The notes under the pieces: model-generated
Told to the model about the DNA's origin: nothing
What the model saw: only the letters and a program-made list of their open reading frames with translations
Databases searched by the model: none
Position numbers and translations under genes: made by a program
Shown here: in pieces, positions 51,802 through 64,000 of the stretch
How positions within the stretch are numbered: the stretch's first letter is position 1
Layout: every line of letters begins with the position of its first letter
Source: Octopus vulgaris
Taxonomy: Eukaryota
DNA: 64,000 bases
NCBI GenBank assembly: GCA_951406725.2
Contig: OX597838.1
Coordinates: forward strand, 44,144,001-44,208,000
Reading direction: 5' to 3'

Positions 51802-52132
51802 TGTTCTATAAATTGGTTTCAGCTCGAGCTGGTCGATAGGGTGTTAGTGACATCCCTTTCGCAGTACATCGCCGAGCTAGCGCAGTGGCAGCAGTCGAAC
51901 GCTAAGACATTGCAAGGGAGTGTAATGTGAAGGTAGTGAGGTCAATATCTTCAGTGATTGAAGTTGGGATGTCTAAACGACAATGTAACCTTCATGTAAT
52001 TATGCTAACTTCGGCCAGATGAGTATCTAGCTGAAACCCCCTAGTTGAACAAGTATTACGTCAGAGGATCTGCTATCTAGAAAACACAGGTAGCCGGGAT
52101 CTTACATGTTCCATTCCCTCAATGTAGAAATG

Positions 52133-52184
<52 letters not shown>

Positions 52185-52227
52185 AAGAATAAACTTTTAA
52201 AAAAAACTTTATTAGTGACCAGCATAC

Positions 52228-52266
<39 letters not shown>

Positions 52267-52337
52267 ATTTAATAAATAAAATATATGCATACATACATAT
52301 ATACATGTACGTACCTACATCTACATGTATATATACA

Positions 52338-52383
<46 letters not shown>

Positions 52384-52844
52384 TACAGGACACCACAAAT
52401 AGACGTAGAACTCAACGAGAAACGAAAACATAAAAACATGGAAACGGACTTTTTTTAACAACGAAAAAACAGAGCGCAAGACAAACAATACAAGGAACAT
52501 TCCCCTTCATCAGCTGTCCCCGGTTCGACTCCATGCGTGTTTCGAAGGTAAGGACATAACGCGACCTACGGACCGGTCCTTCCTGCAAAGGAATTAAATA
52601 AAATTCCTTTGCAGAGGGGTAACGAGGAAAGAAAAAATGTGACAAGAACAGGACGTAAAAGCAATACAAATAAAAATACAAATCGTCTAGGCTTAAAAAA
52701 ACGCCCTCAATGTTGGGATTCTTTGTCCTGTTTTTATTCTTTATGTGTACTGTATTTTTTTGTATTTGTATTTGTATTTTGTATTTGTATTTTGTATTTG
52801 TATTTTTATTTGTATTTTTATTTGTATTTTTATTTGTATTGTAG

Positions 52845-53040
52845 CCAATGCCTCATCCCTTCCAACTATCCCCTCTTTTCACCGCTTAAACATTCTTTAC
52901 GCTGTCATCGATTTGCTGAGGGTGAAGAAGCGCAGGAAGCGGGGGGTTGTGAGTCCAGCCGAAAAACCTTCTCAGATGGACTAAGCAAGATTATGGACCG
53001 AAGTACAGTGAAAAACAAGGAAACTACATCGAAGAATTCT
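52845..53040 (+). pseudogene. Mariner transposase C-terminal fragment
   Basis: LIPSNYPLFSPLKHSLRCHRF..KTFSDGLSKIMDR..EKQGNYIEE. Confidence 0.7.
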
Positions 53041-54205
53041 CTCATTTTCCAACCACTGCTTCCATCGCCGTGGAACAACATTTGTCTTTCGAAATCTCTG
53101 CCATCCTGCTGCTTTCTTCCTTGTTATGATATTAATTTTACCATTTAGCAATTATTTGTAATTTCCAATTTAGACAGCCTGAATCCGGGGAGGATGCACT
53201 GCTTCCTTCCCCTTCCAGATCAATGCTAACGTCCGAAACGCCATCATATTCGCTTTTTAAAATGTTTATCGTTAAACTAATGCCATATTTGTGAAACATT
53301 GTCCCATGAGAGTTCTCTACATTGTTTGTTGACATTACACTATGTATATCACTGTCTATACATAGATGGATGCAAAGATAGAAAATAAAGAGATATGGAT
53401 AGATATATATATAAACGTACACATAAGTGTGAAGACGTGCGTGTATCACAATATGTTGTCTATGAGTATGTTTACACTGGTTAACACTTATTGAGTTTGT
53501 TATATCTCTAAAAATCCTGTTACTTCCAACTCAACACACAGAAATACGAGATCGATGTGATTCTGTGAAGGAGGACGCCAGTACTACTGCAGAACGACGA
53601 CTGAAGCGAGTGCAAAAAGATTTATGAATAAAAGAATAAAGGAATACAACAATGAAAGAATGAGAACTGGTTGTTATATTACTGTGGTGTTGACATAAAT
53701 GTCTGACTCGGTCAACATGCTCGCAGACACTCGATATAGCCAGAGACAAACAATAACGAACAGGGGTATCTTCACAATTTGTGGTGGTTTGTATATTCTC
53801 CGATTCAACCTTGATTAAGCAGGCTAATGATCAAAAGCAATCAGACTCTGATCCTCCAATACTTTTGTAAATAAATATGTGTGTGCATGCATGTATGTGT
53901 GTGTATTATATTATATATACTATTTATCTCTCTCTCTCTCTCTAATAATATGTGTGTGTATATGTGCGTACCTATACACGCATATACATATATGTATATA
54001 CAAATATATGCTATATATATGTATATATATTCATATATCTATCTATACGTACATACATAACATACATACATAAATACATACATATATATATGTGTGTGTT
54101 TGTGTGTGTATGTGTATATACATGCATACATACATACATACATATACATAAACATATATATATATATATATATATACATACATACATGTATGTATGTACG
54201 TATGT

Positions 54206-54236
<31 letters not shown>

Positions 54237-54380
54237 ATTACATCAAGAATATCAAATCCTCTTAAAGAGATATTACTATCCAAGTTCCCAGGTTTTATCC
54301 AGAACTTCAGTGAAAAACCAACAATGTGAATTTCACGTAGATGGATATTCTTGTATGAGAAAAAGGAAATGGAGAAATTA

Positions 54381-54644
54381 ATATACAGACATCAATTTAT
54401 TTGAACAAATTCAATTCAGTATAACGTCAAATTTTTTACACCTACAGCTGTTTGCATACCCAATTAAGTCAGGTTTGTATGTCGACATTTGAAGGAAAAT
54501 GAAATAAGTAAAAACAGACCACCGGAACCACTATATATTGCAACTTCACCTAAATTGCTAAATTACAAATCATGTGTAAGCATGTGTACAATTGTATGTA
54601 TGCATGCCTGCATCTGTGTATATAAATGTGTATATATGTGTGTG

Positions 54645-54703
<59 letters not shown>

Positions 54704-55600
54704 TCTTCTACCTACAGCTGTTTCCATACACAATGAATTCAATTTGAGGAATTAAATTAAATTTGATACAGATGTAAGCATATTAATCGTAAGATACCGC
54801 CTGTAAATATGTTTTCAGAAACTACCATTAGATGTAATCTAAAGACTGAATTAGGTATAATAAGTAAGGTTACTGGAACCTTGAATTGGGCGGTGTCTCA
54901 TGATTAATATGCTTACATCTGTAACTAAAACGACTTAATAATTCTTAACAGATATCGTATTAATATCAAAGTATAATTTAAATGGTTGATATGAATATAA
55001 GGTTTAATGTACAGGTAATAGTAGTATATATATATATTATATATAGTTTACCGAAACTTTAATTTTGACGCGTACCGCGAGAATATATTATTGATAGCTT
55101 ATGAATGGTTAATTAATTTAAGTTGGATATAAATGTATTAATTTAATATTGGTTTTAAGTTTTATTAATTTCTTAATTTGATTTGTAAATATTTATGTTT
55201 TCCTTGATTAGATCGTTAAATTATTTTCTCACTATTGTACACCAATATCGATGACGTATTATTCAACTATGGCAAAGTAGTTTTGATTCGTCATTATGTC
55301 ATAGCTTTCAAATCTTTATAACACACACGCACAAATATATAGGAATAGTAATGGTTATTTTAAAAAATACACCTGTTGCTAAAACACACGTATCTGAGTC
55401 TATCAAAACACGTTGGAATGTAATTCCTTTCTAACAAATTCTCTCCTCTGACAAAATAATCAATTTACGATATTCAATATGAAAATTTGACTTAATTTAA
55501 TTCCTGAAATTGAATTAATTGGGTATGGAATGAGCTGTAGGTATAAAGAATTTGATGTTATACTGAATGGAATTTGTTCAAATAAATTGATGTCTGTATA
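54381..55600. repeat. Nested inverted repeats (54381-54472 with 55503-55600; 54767-54802 with 54888-54923)
   Basis: Outer arms are reverse complementary; a third partial copy lies at 54706-54752. Confidence 0.75.
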
Positions 55601-55622
55601 CATACATACATACATACATACA

Positions 55623-55676
<54 letters not shown>

Positions 55677-55936
55677 AAGATAAGAGTAAATAATTTCTAT
55701 AAAGGCTTTTAAAAAAAACCCAATTATTTACTGGTAGAATTCGGTATGTAAATATAGCCGATTACCGGCAGGAACTTCTGTAAAGTTCAGTATATATATT
55801 GTATATATATTTTGCATATGTGAATTACAGGGTCTGTCATGCCCGGAGTCCAACTTTGATAGAAATAAGCATTCTTGACTGCTATTTCTATTTTTTCGGT
55901 ATGCGGTCAAGCAACCTGTTTTGCCTGTCCCTTTTT

Positions 55937-56003
<67 letters not shown>

Positions 56004-57128
56004 ATATACATATACATACGTACATATACACACATGAATACATAGATGCATGCATATATACAATCGTACACATGCCTACACACTTTATGATTTGCAATTT
56101 AGATGAAGTTGCAATATATGTGAAGTGAGGGACGCATCGGTTCCTGTGCTCGGTTCCTGACTTGGCCGGAATATGGATTCAGTAAGTAATGACTACGTGT
56201 ACCCAGTTCTATTGTGGCTAGCCATGTGATATTTTCTTCTTCGTGTTAGCTGTACAACTCAAGATTTCAGTAACTGCCTGTGAAATGCTGTCTGCAAACA
56301 CGATTTGTAGTTTCGTATTTTTCTATAAGGATTAGATAAATTTATGGGATACGTAATTTCACGTAGATGAGTATGCGTTATTGAAATGATACACTTGCGA
56401 CTTTTGTTAGCATGGCTAGGCTAAGGCTTAGATACGTAGATGCCTTCATGAGGCTTGTAAAGATTTATGTTCATAGGAAGCTTCCCAATGAAAGATTGCT
56501 GTATTATTAGAGAGAGTGGAAATCCTTCCGCTCTCGTTCGTGACCAATACCTTGGTCAGCTGAATGATTCGAAGATAATAGGAGCTTTTCATTGGGCTTC
56601 AGAGACTTCATACAACCCACAATAAAATCACAGTAACTGCATTAAAGGCTTTGGCTGAACGACGTTTTGGCATAAACTATTCAATTTTCAGTTAATGGCA
56701 ATTTTTAATGTATCCGAAATGTCTATTGATGAATTTTCAATACAGCTAATATGTTTCCTCTTTAAAATTCAAAGTGCATTGTTCTAAAACGTATTGTGTG
56801 TGTGTGTGTCTAACATTTCTATATTACCACAATGTCGTATATCTCTGAACAATCATACACGCCATACTTATGCAAAAGAATCAGTTTGATGGAAGATTCA
56901 ACAAATGCGTGATTTGGTTTTCATCAAATGGTGGATATTAATCAATAGCTGTTACATATATCTCAATAGCTGTTACATATGTTATTGCAGTTCTTTGCGT
57001 TGACGCGGCTCTTAAAATGCTTAACGCTATTACTTTCACAATACTACGTTCTGCGTTCTATTCCCACCGATGTCATCTTTGGCTTTCCTTGGCAAAACCT
57101 CTCTCGTCAAAATTGCTCTCTCTTTTTC

Positions 57129-57198
<70 letters not shown>

Positions 57199-57200
57199 AA

Positions 57201-57508
57201 CTAGCAATCCATCTCACCGTTGCCCGGGTATTACTTGCTTCTTTCATTGTATTACTTTCTTATGGGCAGAATCTGTAATCCGAGGAACATTGAAAAAATA
57301 TCCATCTTGTCCATTCCACGGAATGAGATTATACTGGAGAGCATCATAAGAGGGATGAGTCTGTGAAACACGTTTAAGGTTGTCATCTTGAACACGAATG
57401 AGAATATCAAGATTTTCATCGAGATCACCAACTAAAAGGATGGCTACCTCATTAGATGCGGGCTCATTAAAACAACATAAAATGTTCTTTACTATAGTGT
57501 ACTATAGA
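57201..57508 (-). mobile_element. Helitron deletion derivative carrying a Rep/helicase fragment
   Basis: Open frame FNEPASNEVAILLVGD..DILI..LKRVSQTHPSYDALQYNLIPWNGQDGY; 3' CCCGGGCAACGG..CTAG|T; 5' TCTATAGTACACTATAG. Confidence 0.8.
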
Positions 57509-58300
57509 CGTAACGAACGCAGCAACACACATAGATGCACATACACACATACACACACCACACTCAAAGATTTGATAATACTGAAAGCACCAAACCGTAC
57601 ATACTAAGTTCAAGCGAAACGAAATGTAGTCAATGTTGGTGCAAAACATGCTTTCTGTAACATAGTTATGCTATAAGAAAGTATAGAAAGTCAAGGTTTA
57701 TTGGGAACATGTACTAAATGTTATAAAATGTCACGGTAAAGAAAGTGAAAGTCCAAGAAAATTCAGAAGGCATTATTCAATTTTTCATACATAAATAATT
57801 TATGTTATAATTTTGAAACGAACGCTGAACCAAGTGTATAAAAGGGAAGATGATGTTTTTGAACTGTGTAACATTATGGGCTGTTGAATAAAGACTGAGT
57901 AACGCAGCAAAAAGGTTGTGCGAAACTGATACTCGCAGTGATGAAGAATACAAAGGCTGTTAAAAAATCATTATTTTGAAACTGGTGAGAAGAAGTGGAA
58001 TAACATTTGCGTAATCATATTAAAAGAGCCGCTGAGACTTTCTACTTCGCCAAGTTTCTGAATTCGTTATAACAACAAGAATAATATTTTGTTTTTTCAG
58101 ATATATTTGCGACTATTTTGAGTGGAGTTAAACCAACCAAATCTTCATGCTGGTAGTACTTGAAAGGGAATGTTGTTTGTTTGAAGTCCAGGCCGCAAGT
58201 AATCATTCAATATCGGCGTGTTTCACTGCTGGGTGGGGAGTTACATACATGAACTAAGTTACATACATGAACTAAGTTACATACATGAACTAAGTTACAT

Positions 58301-58600
58301 ACATGGCGTAGTGGTTAGAGCAGCGGACTCGCAGTCGAGGAATCACGGGTTCGAATCTCAGACCGGGCGATGTGTGTGTTAATGAGCGAAACACCTAAGC
58401 TTCATGCGGCTCCGGCAGAAGGTAATGGCGAACTTCTGCTGACTCTTTCGCCACAACTTACTCTCATTCTTTCTTCCTGCATCTTGCAGCTCACCTGCGA
58501 CGGATCGGTGTCCCGTCCTAGTGGGGAACCTATACGCCAAGAAACCGGGAAACCGGCCCTAATGAGCCAGGCATGGCTCGAGAAGGAACAAACAACAACA
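58301..58600 (+). mobile_element. SINE family B, full length
   Basis: TGGCGTAGTGG, GGTTCGAATCTC, (AAC)n tail. Confidence 0.9.
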
Positions 58601-58697
58601 TCATTAAGGAACACGTGAAGCCTATCACTGTCCCTGTGTGTTTCTCCCTGTCTTTAGATGTGTGTGTGTCAGTTGTCACAAAATCTATGTATACTGA

Positions 58698-58800
58698 CAG
58701 AGCTTAGGTGTTTCGCTCATAAACACACATCGCCCGGTATGAGATCCGAACCCGCGATCTCTCGACCGCGAGTCCGATGCTTGAACCACTAGGCCATGTA
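58698..58800 (-). mobile_element. SINE family B head fragment
   Basis: Reverse complement of the head, inverted relative to the copy at 58301. Confidence 0.8.
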
Positions 58801-59618
58801 CCCCAATATTTTCAAAATACCTGTATATAAAAAAAATTGCTAGACATTTCCGAGGAATTAGTGCGTGGTAAAAATTCTCATTTACTTCGTGTGACGTACG
58901 TGAAAAAATGAATATGAAATTTTCAACAGAATTAATTTCTATATCTTCGAAATGAAAGAAATTTTCCTGAGAATTACCCCAAGAATTGTCCCAAGAAATT
59001 GTCCCAAGAAATTGTCCAAAGATCCAGAAGAAATTATCCCAATATCTATATCTGGTCGAAGATGAACGATTTCAATATCTCTTTCCAGGTATATAAGGAC
59101 TTTTCTGATTTTCTAAAAACTTTTGAAAACGTGTTATGTTTTATCTTTCGGCAGAATTGCTAAGATGTACTTAATAGTCATACGTAATAGTCATGTTCGG
59201 AATGTCTTGGATTACAGGCTTGCGGTATCTTATCTGCTACATGACTAAACAACAAAGACATCATCATCGTCATCAACAACAACAACAACAAAAGAAAAAC
59301 TGTGTAGAAATATCTGTGGATAAACAAAGCAGCCACGTAGCTTTTCCAGTTACGATCTATGGCCTATTCTGTTTACATTTGCTTAAAAATTAATAATTTC
59401 CTTTCGTTACAAGCCTGCAAACACCTAAGTTTGAATTTTTGTGTATCTGAGAGATTATCAAGGAAGCTGAATCAAAACAGATTTTAAAAAGTGTTTAGAA
59501 GCCCTGAATATTCATTATATACCCAGAGAGGGAGATTGAAATCTTTCCTTTTGAACCAAATATCGATACGGTAGTTATTTCTTTCGGATTTTTACAATAT
59601 GGATGATATAGAAAATAT

Positions 59619-59805
59619 CGGTTTCAAATTATGGCACAACATCAGCAGCTATGAGGGAGGGGCTAAGTCGATTACATCGATTCCAGAGATAAGCTGGTAC
59701 TTATCTTATCGATCCCGAGATGATGAAGAGCAAAGTCGACTTCGACGGAATTTGAACTCAAAATGATTAAGATAAACGAAATGCCGCTAAACATTCTGCC
59801 AGTTC
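59619..59805 (-). mobile_element. SINE family C
   Basis: GCAAAGTCGACTTCGACGGAATTTGAACTC. Confidence 0.7.
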
Positions 59806-60474
59806 GCCGCCTTAGATATATAAAATATTTGCTTTCAAAATATATCCAGTTTTGTCGCGCACGTTGCACTAAGTAAATGAGAATTCTGACCATACGCACA
59901 TTATTGTTCAGCAAACGCATTAGCATTTTCTTAAAATTTCAATGTCAATATAAGTAAATCATGAAGCTTTTATGCTGCTCATCAACAATTCAGATAATAT
60001 TTTCAAGAGAAAACACTTCTTCGTACCGGGACATGTACTTCACAGGTTTTGGATCCTCTTCAAAAATGTCAGTATACATTCCAGGTAAAAATGATTTTGC
60101 TTATTGCTTGCCTGTGTAGTGAAGCCTTACCGTGAAAAATGAAATGACTCAATTCTTGTTAATGCTCAAGATTTACAGCTTAGATATTCTATTCCTTGTG
60201 TCTCTGATTGTCACACTGTCACGCAAAGAAAGACCATCAATGAGGAGATAATTCACAATGTCTTTATATTTCTTTGTTTTTTCAAGAAGGTAGAGTGAGA
60301 TCAGAGTGAATTTTTAAAAATATTTGTAGCGGGTGAAGCTACTACATAATGGATAATTCGGTGGTGTTGTCACTTTATATTTTGATTGTTTTCCAACAGT
60401 AGAATCTTAATATAGTTTTCATACAACAATCTGTAATACCAAATATGTAGGTACACACACACACACACGTATTT

Positions 60475-60780
60475 GCTGTTTGTTCCCTCTCGAGTCACGC
60501 CTTGCTCATAAGGGCCGGTTTCCCGGTTTCCTTGATGTATAGGTTCCCCACCTGGACGGGACGCGGGTCAATCGCAGGTGAGCTGCAAGATGCAGGAGGA
60601 AAGAATGAAAGAATGTTGTGGCGAAAGAGTCAACAGAAGTTCGCCATTACCTTTTGCCGGAGCCGCGTGGAGCTTAGGTGTTTCGCACATATATACGCAC
60701 ATCGTCTGGTCTGAGATTCGAACCCGCGATCCCTCGACCACGAATCCGCTGCTCTAACTACTAGGCTATGTGCCTCCACT
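60475..60780 (-). mobile_element. SINE family B, full length
   Basis: Reverse complement of the consensus. Confidence 0.88.
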
Positions 60781-61321
60781 CACACATATTTACATATATA
60801 GATTATAAAAAAATGTCAGGAGGTATGAAATGAATATATCTATTTCACCAGTTGATATCCATAAGATTATGATGGTTTCACAGCCAACGTTATGGAAAAT
60901 TTATTTATCTTAGTGTATGATAACTTATTTTACGTCTCTTCACAGTTGTATATGTAAAAAGATTACAGAGTACTATTGTAGGTTTTACACGATAATGCAA
61001 GTGTAGAAGGCTAGCGCATCAGATTCACAGAATACCATGGCTCCATCAATTCTGAAACACCAGTTTATTGTAAGTCATCCTTCGAAATATTAATGTATGG
61101 AAGTCAATAATTAGTAAAATAGATTTGTATGGGGAGGAGGAAAGGCGATTTGGTAAGATATTAAGAAGGAAACAGTGAGTGGTGGTGGTTGAAAGGAAAA
61201 TTGTATACAATATGACAGAGTTTTACAGAGTCAAGTAATCAGATAATAACCTAGAAGTATTAATAATATAGAGAGGAAAAATTCTTACCACACAGCCATG
61301 CCAGCACCTATATATATATAG

Positions 61322-61382
<61 letters not shown>

Positions 61383-61834
61383 TGTGTCTGTGAGTTTATG
61401 TATAAGACTTGTATTTAAAATTAAAGTTTAGGTAGGACACTGAACCGCTACATGCGGCCTGAGGAGGTTTTTCCGGCAGCGCTTTAGAGTGTATTCGATT
61501 CCATTACATTGTTTCCCATTTATTACATTTATTAAGGAGCAAAGCACAAGTGAGTCGAAATAAGACTTCCAGTAAACTCTGTCTTCCGTATTAATCATTC
61601 AGTGTGTATGTATGTATGTATGTATGTATGTATATAACATATATATATAATACATATAATATATATATAATATATATATTATATATATATATATAAATTC
61701 ATATATATATATATATATTATATATATATTATATATTATATATATTATATATGTATATATATATATATACATATATATAAAATATATACATATATATAAA
61801 ATATATACATATATATGTAATATATATAATATAT

Positions 61835-61934
<100 letters not shown>

Positions 61935-61946
61935 TATATATATAGA

Positions 61947-62010
<64 letters not shown>

Positions 62011-62394
62011 TTTATAATAAAGGAGGTCAGAGATTTATATCCAGTTTTATTCAACAGCTAATTACTTCTTTTCATTTCTACACCTACACATGTTTCTGCA
62101 GCATCTAATGCTCACTGCAAAATTTGCATCTTTATGTGCACTTATTGTTAAATGCCGCATCTTGAGGTCGGAGTCAACTGCATTGTTCAGATAGAATGTA
62201 AATCAAATACAAGTCCAGTCGAGATACACGGTGTGTTGCACTTGTTCCAAAAATAACCTGGATCTTGACCTGAAAATAAAATTAACGATATCCATAAATT
62301 TAAATGAATTTAATTCAATTATAAAATTAGCAAAGTGAATAATAGACTCATAGCTCATTACAAACGATATTAACAATAATAATACGAGTAGTAG

Positions 62395-62800
62395 AACTAT
62401 TCTGAACGCCCTACAACCCTGGGCATGGACACATTGAAACTCCGACGTCTGGCAGCTGACTTGGCAGACACCCATAAAATTATCAACCATCTTACAAACA
62501 ATAACTCTGAGCACCTTTTCAAACTCCACCCGTCTAACACCCGTGGACATGTTTACAAAGTCAGAAAACAGCACAGCTCCTTCCATGACTTTCGGAATCA
62601 TTTTTTCACGCTGAGAGTTGCTGAAGCATGGAACAGACTGCCAGCATCAGTTGTTAGTTGTTGGAGCACTGCATCCTTCAAAACTTCCATGCTTCCTGAG
62701 ATTCGCCAACACTACACCTGATCTTCTTCCCCCCTCCATACACACACGGAAGCATGTATTTGACTCATACACTGTTCGCTATCAAGACATTTCTATATTA
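62395..62800 (+). mobile_element. CR1-like LINE 3' fragment
   Basis: LGMDTLKLRRLAADL..TRGHVYKV..RNHFFTLRVAEAWNRLP..FK. Confidence 0.85.
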
Positions 62801-62809
62801 CAGCATACA

Positions 62810-62955
62810 CTGGTCGACTTTGCCTTTCATCCTTTCGGGGTAAATAAATTAAGTACTACTTACGCACTGGGGTCGATGTAAACGGCTTAATACCTATGTC
62901 TGTCCTTGTTTGTCCCCTCTATGTTTAGCCCCTTGTGGGTAGAAAAGAAACAGGT
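62810..62955 (+). mobile_element. SINE family C, 3' part
   Basis: GGTCGACTTTGCCTTTCATCCTTTCGGGG..CCCCTTGTGGG. Confidence 0.8.
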
Positions 62956-63411
62956 AACACCACAATGTATTTCGGTTGGATTTGTATTTAATTTAGATTC
63001 TATCTGAACAATGCAGTTTAGATAGACTGCACACTGAAGACGCAGTAATTAACAGAAGAGTAAGTATACATAAAGATACAAACTTTGCTGTGGCCATAGT
63101 TGCTGGAGGAACATGTAGGGTCAGAAATGAAAGGAAGTAATTGACGACTGATTAAAACTGAATAAGACTGGATAAAACTGGATATAAATCTATGTTCTCC
63201 TTTGTTATAGATTCATTATTTTCTCTGCCGAAAATATGCAGTCTCTATAGAGACATATCGATTTACCGATGTGAAGACTGACTGAGATGAGTTTTTTTAT
63301 ACACTCACTGAGGTTAGCCAGCATTAGTAACCGGTAAAAGCGACTACGGGACCCACTTGGATTCTATATCCCTACCAACCAGTCTTTTGCGCGCGTATGT
63401 GTGTATGTAGG

Positions 63412-63487
<76 letters not shown>

Positions 63488-63853
63488 TGTCTACGTGTGT
63501 GTATGTATGAGTGTGTGCGCGTCGGTATATAGTAAACGTCTTCCTTCTGAGATCAAGTTCTTTGGAGAGTTGCCGGATAATTGAATGTTCCGACATATCT
63601 GATAATCACATGTTTAATTACCATACCACATTACATTTACAAAATCCTTTAAAGCGCTAAATGTTCATCAGTTGTGTTAATATTTTGAATACAGTGTGAA
63701 TGTTACTAAGCGAAAGAAATAAAAGTCTAATTTGTGAAGAGAACAAGTTTTATTGACTTAATAAAATACAGGTCCTGTAAATGCAATACAATAAGGTACT
63801 GTAGTGTTCTTGAGAAACAAAGAACCATTCTCGATACAGCATAAACTTTCTTA

Positions 63854-63953
63854 GTTTTAATGGCAACTGACATTAATTAGCAAAACTTCTCTTAACTCTA
63901 AATAACAAGACATTTCCTTTTATATTGTTTTTAGGCAACGGTTGCTAGGTAAC
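63854..63953. promoter_or_regulatory. Cluster of three RFX X-box-like motifs
   Basis: GTTTTAATGGCAAC (63854-63867), GTTTTTAGGCAAC (63927-63939), GTTGCTAGGTAAC (63941-63953). Confidence 0.4.
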
Positions 63954-64000
63954 CAAAAAAGAGAGATTTAACTGCATATCCAAATACATATATGCGCATA

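Larger units (their letters stand above)
62013..63209. mobile_element. Penelope-like inverted arms (62013-62238 and 62956-63209) with decayed hammerheads
   Basis: The arms are diverged reverse complements; together they give CTGAAGA-TGC(A/G)GCA..TGCTGCA-GAAAC-ATGT-GTA-GGTGTAG. Confidence 0.65.

Noticed and set aside
52844-52984. Exon encoding RVKKRRKR
   Set aside because: An alternative frame matches the mariner transposase C-terminus
53138-53449. 103-aa minus-strand ORF
   Set aside because: No recognisable domain, low-complexity start and weak splice signals
58101-58200. Exon after TTTGTTTTTTCAG
   Set aside because: Short, no convincing donor or homology; cannot be supported without RNA data

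Overview
AT-rich, microsatellite-dense animal DNA with no host protein-coding gene that I can support. The repeat repertoire suggests a coleoid cephalopod such as Octopus (inference, not verified). The window is almost entirely transposon debris: five R4/Dong-type restriction-like-endonuclease (RLE) LINE copies in (TAA)n/(GAA)n tracts, a long decayed Tx1/L1-clade LINE, RTE and CR1-like 3' fragments, three large and two small mariner relics, four Helitron derivatives, foldback/MITE elements, and about 25 copies of four tRNA-derived SINE families. The most striking unexplained signal is a set of sequence-unrelated short repeats, often arranged as inverted arms, that carry minimal type-I hammerhead ribozyme motifs (CUGANGA-N..stem II..GAAA with a palindromic stem III), as in Penelope-like element termini. 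One family appears to be a tRNA-headed, (TAA)n-bearing, hammerhead-containing element whose TAA tract was hit twice independently by the same Dong LINE family. Three RFX X-box-like motifs cluster at the right edge. Most ORFs in the track are microsatellite artefacts. Coordinates were read by eye and may be off by a few bases.
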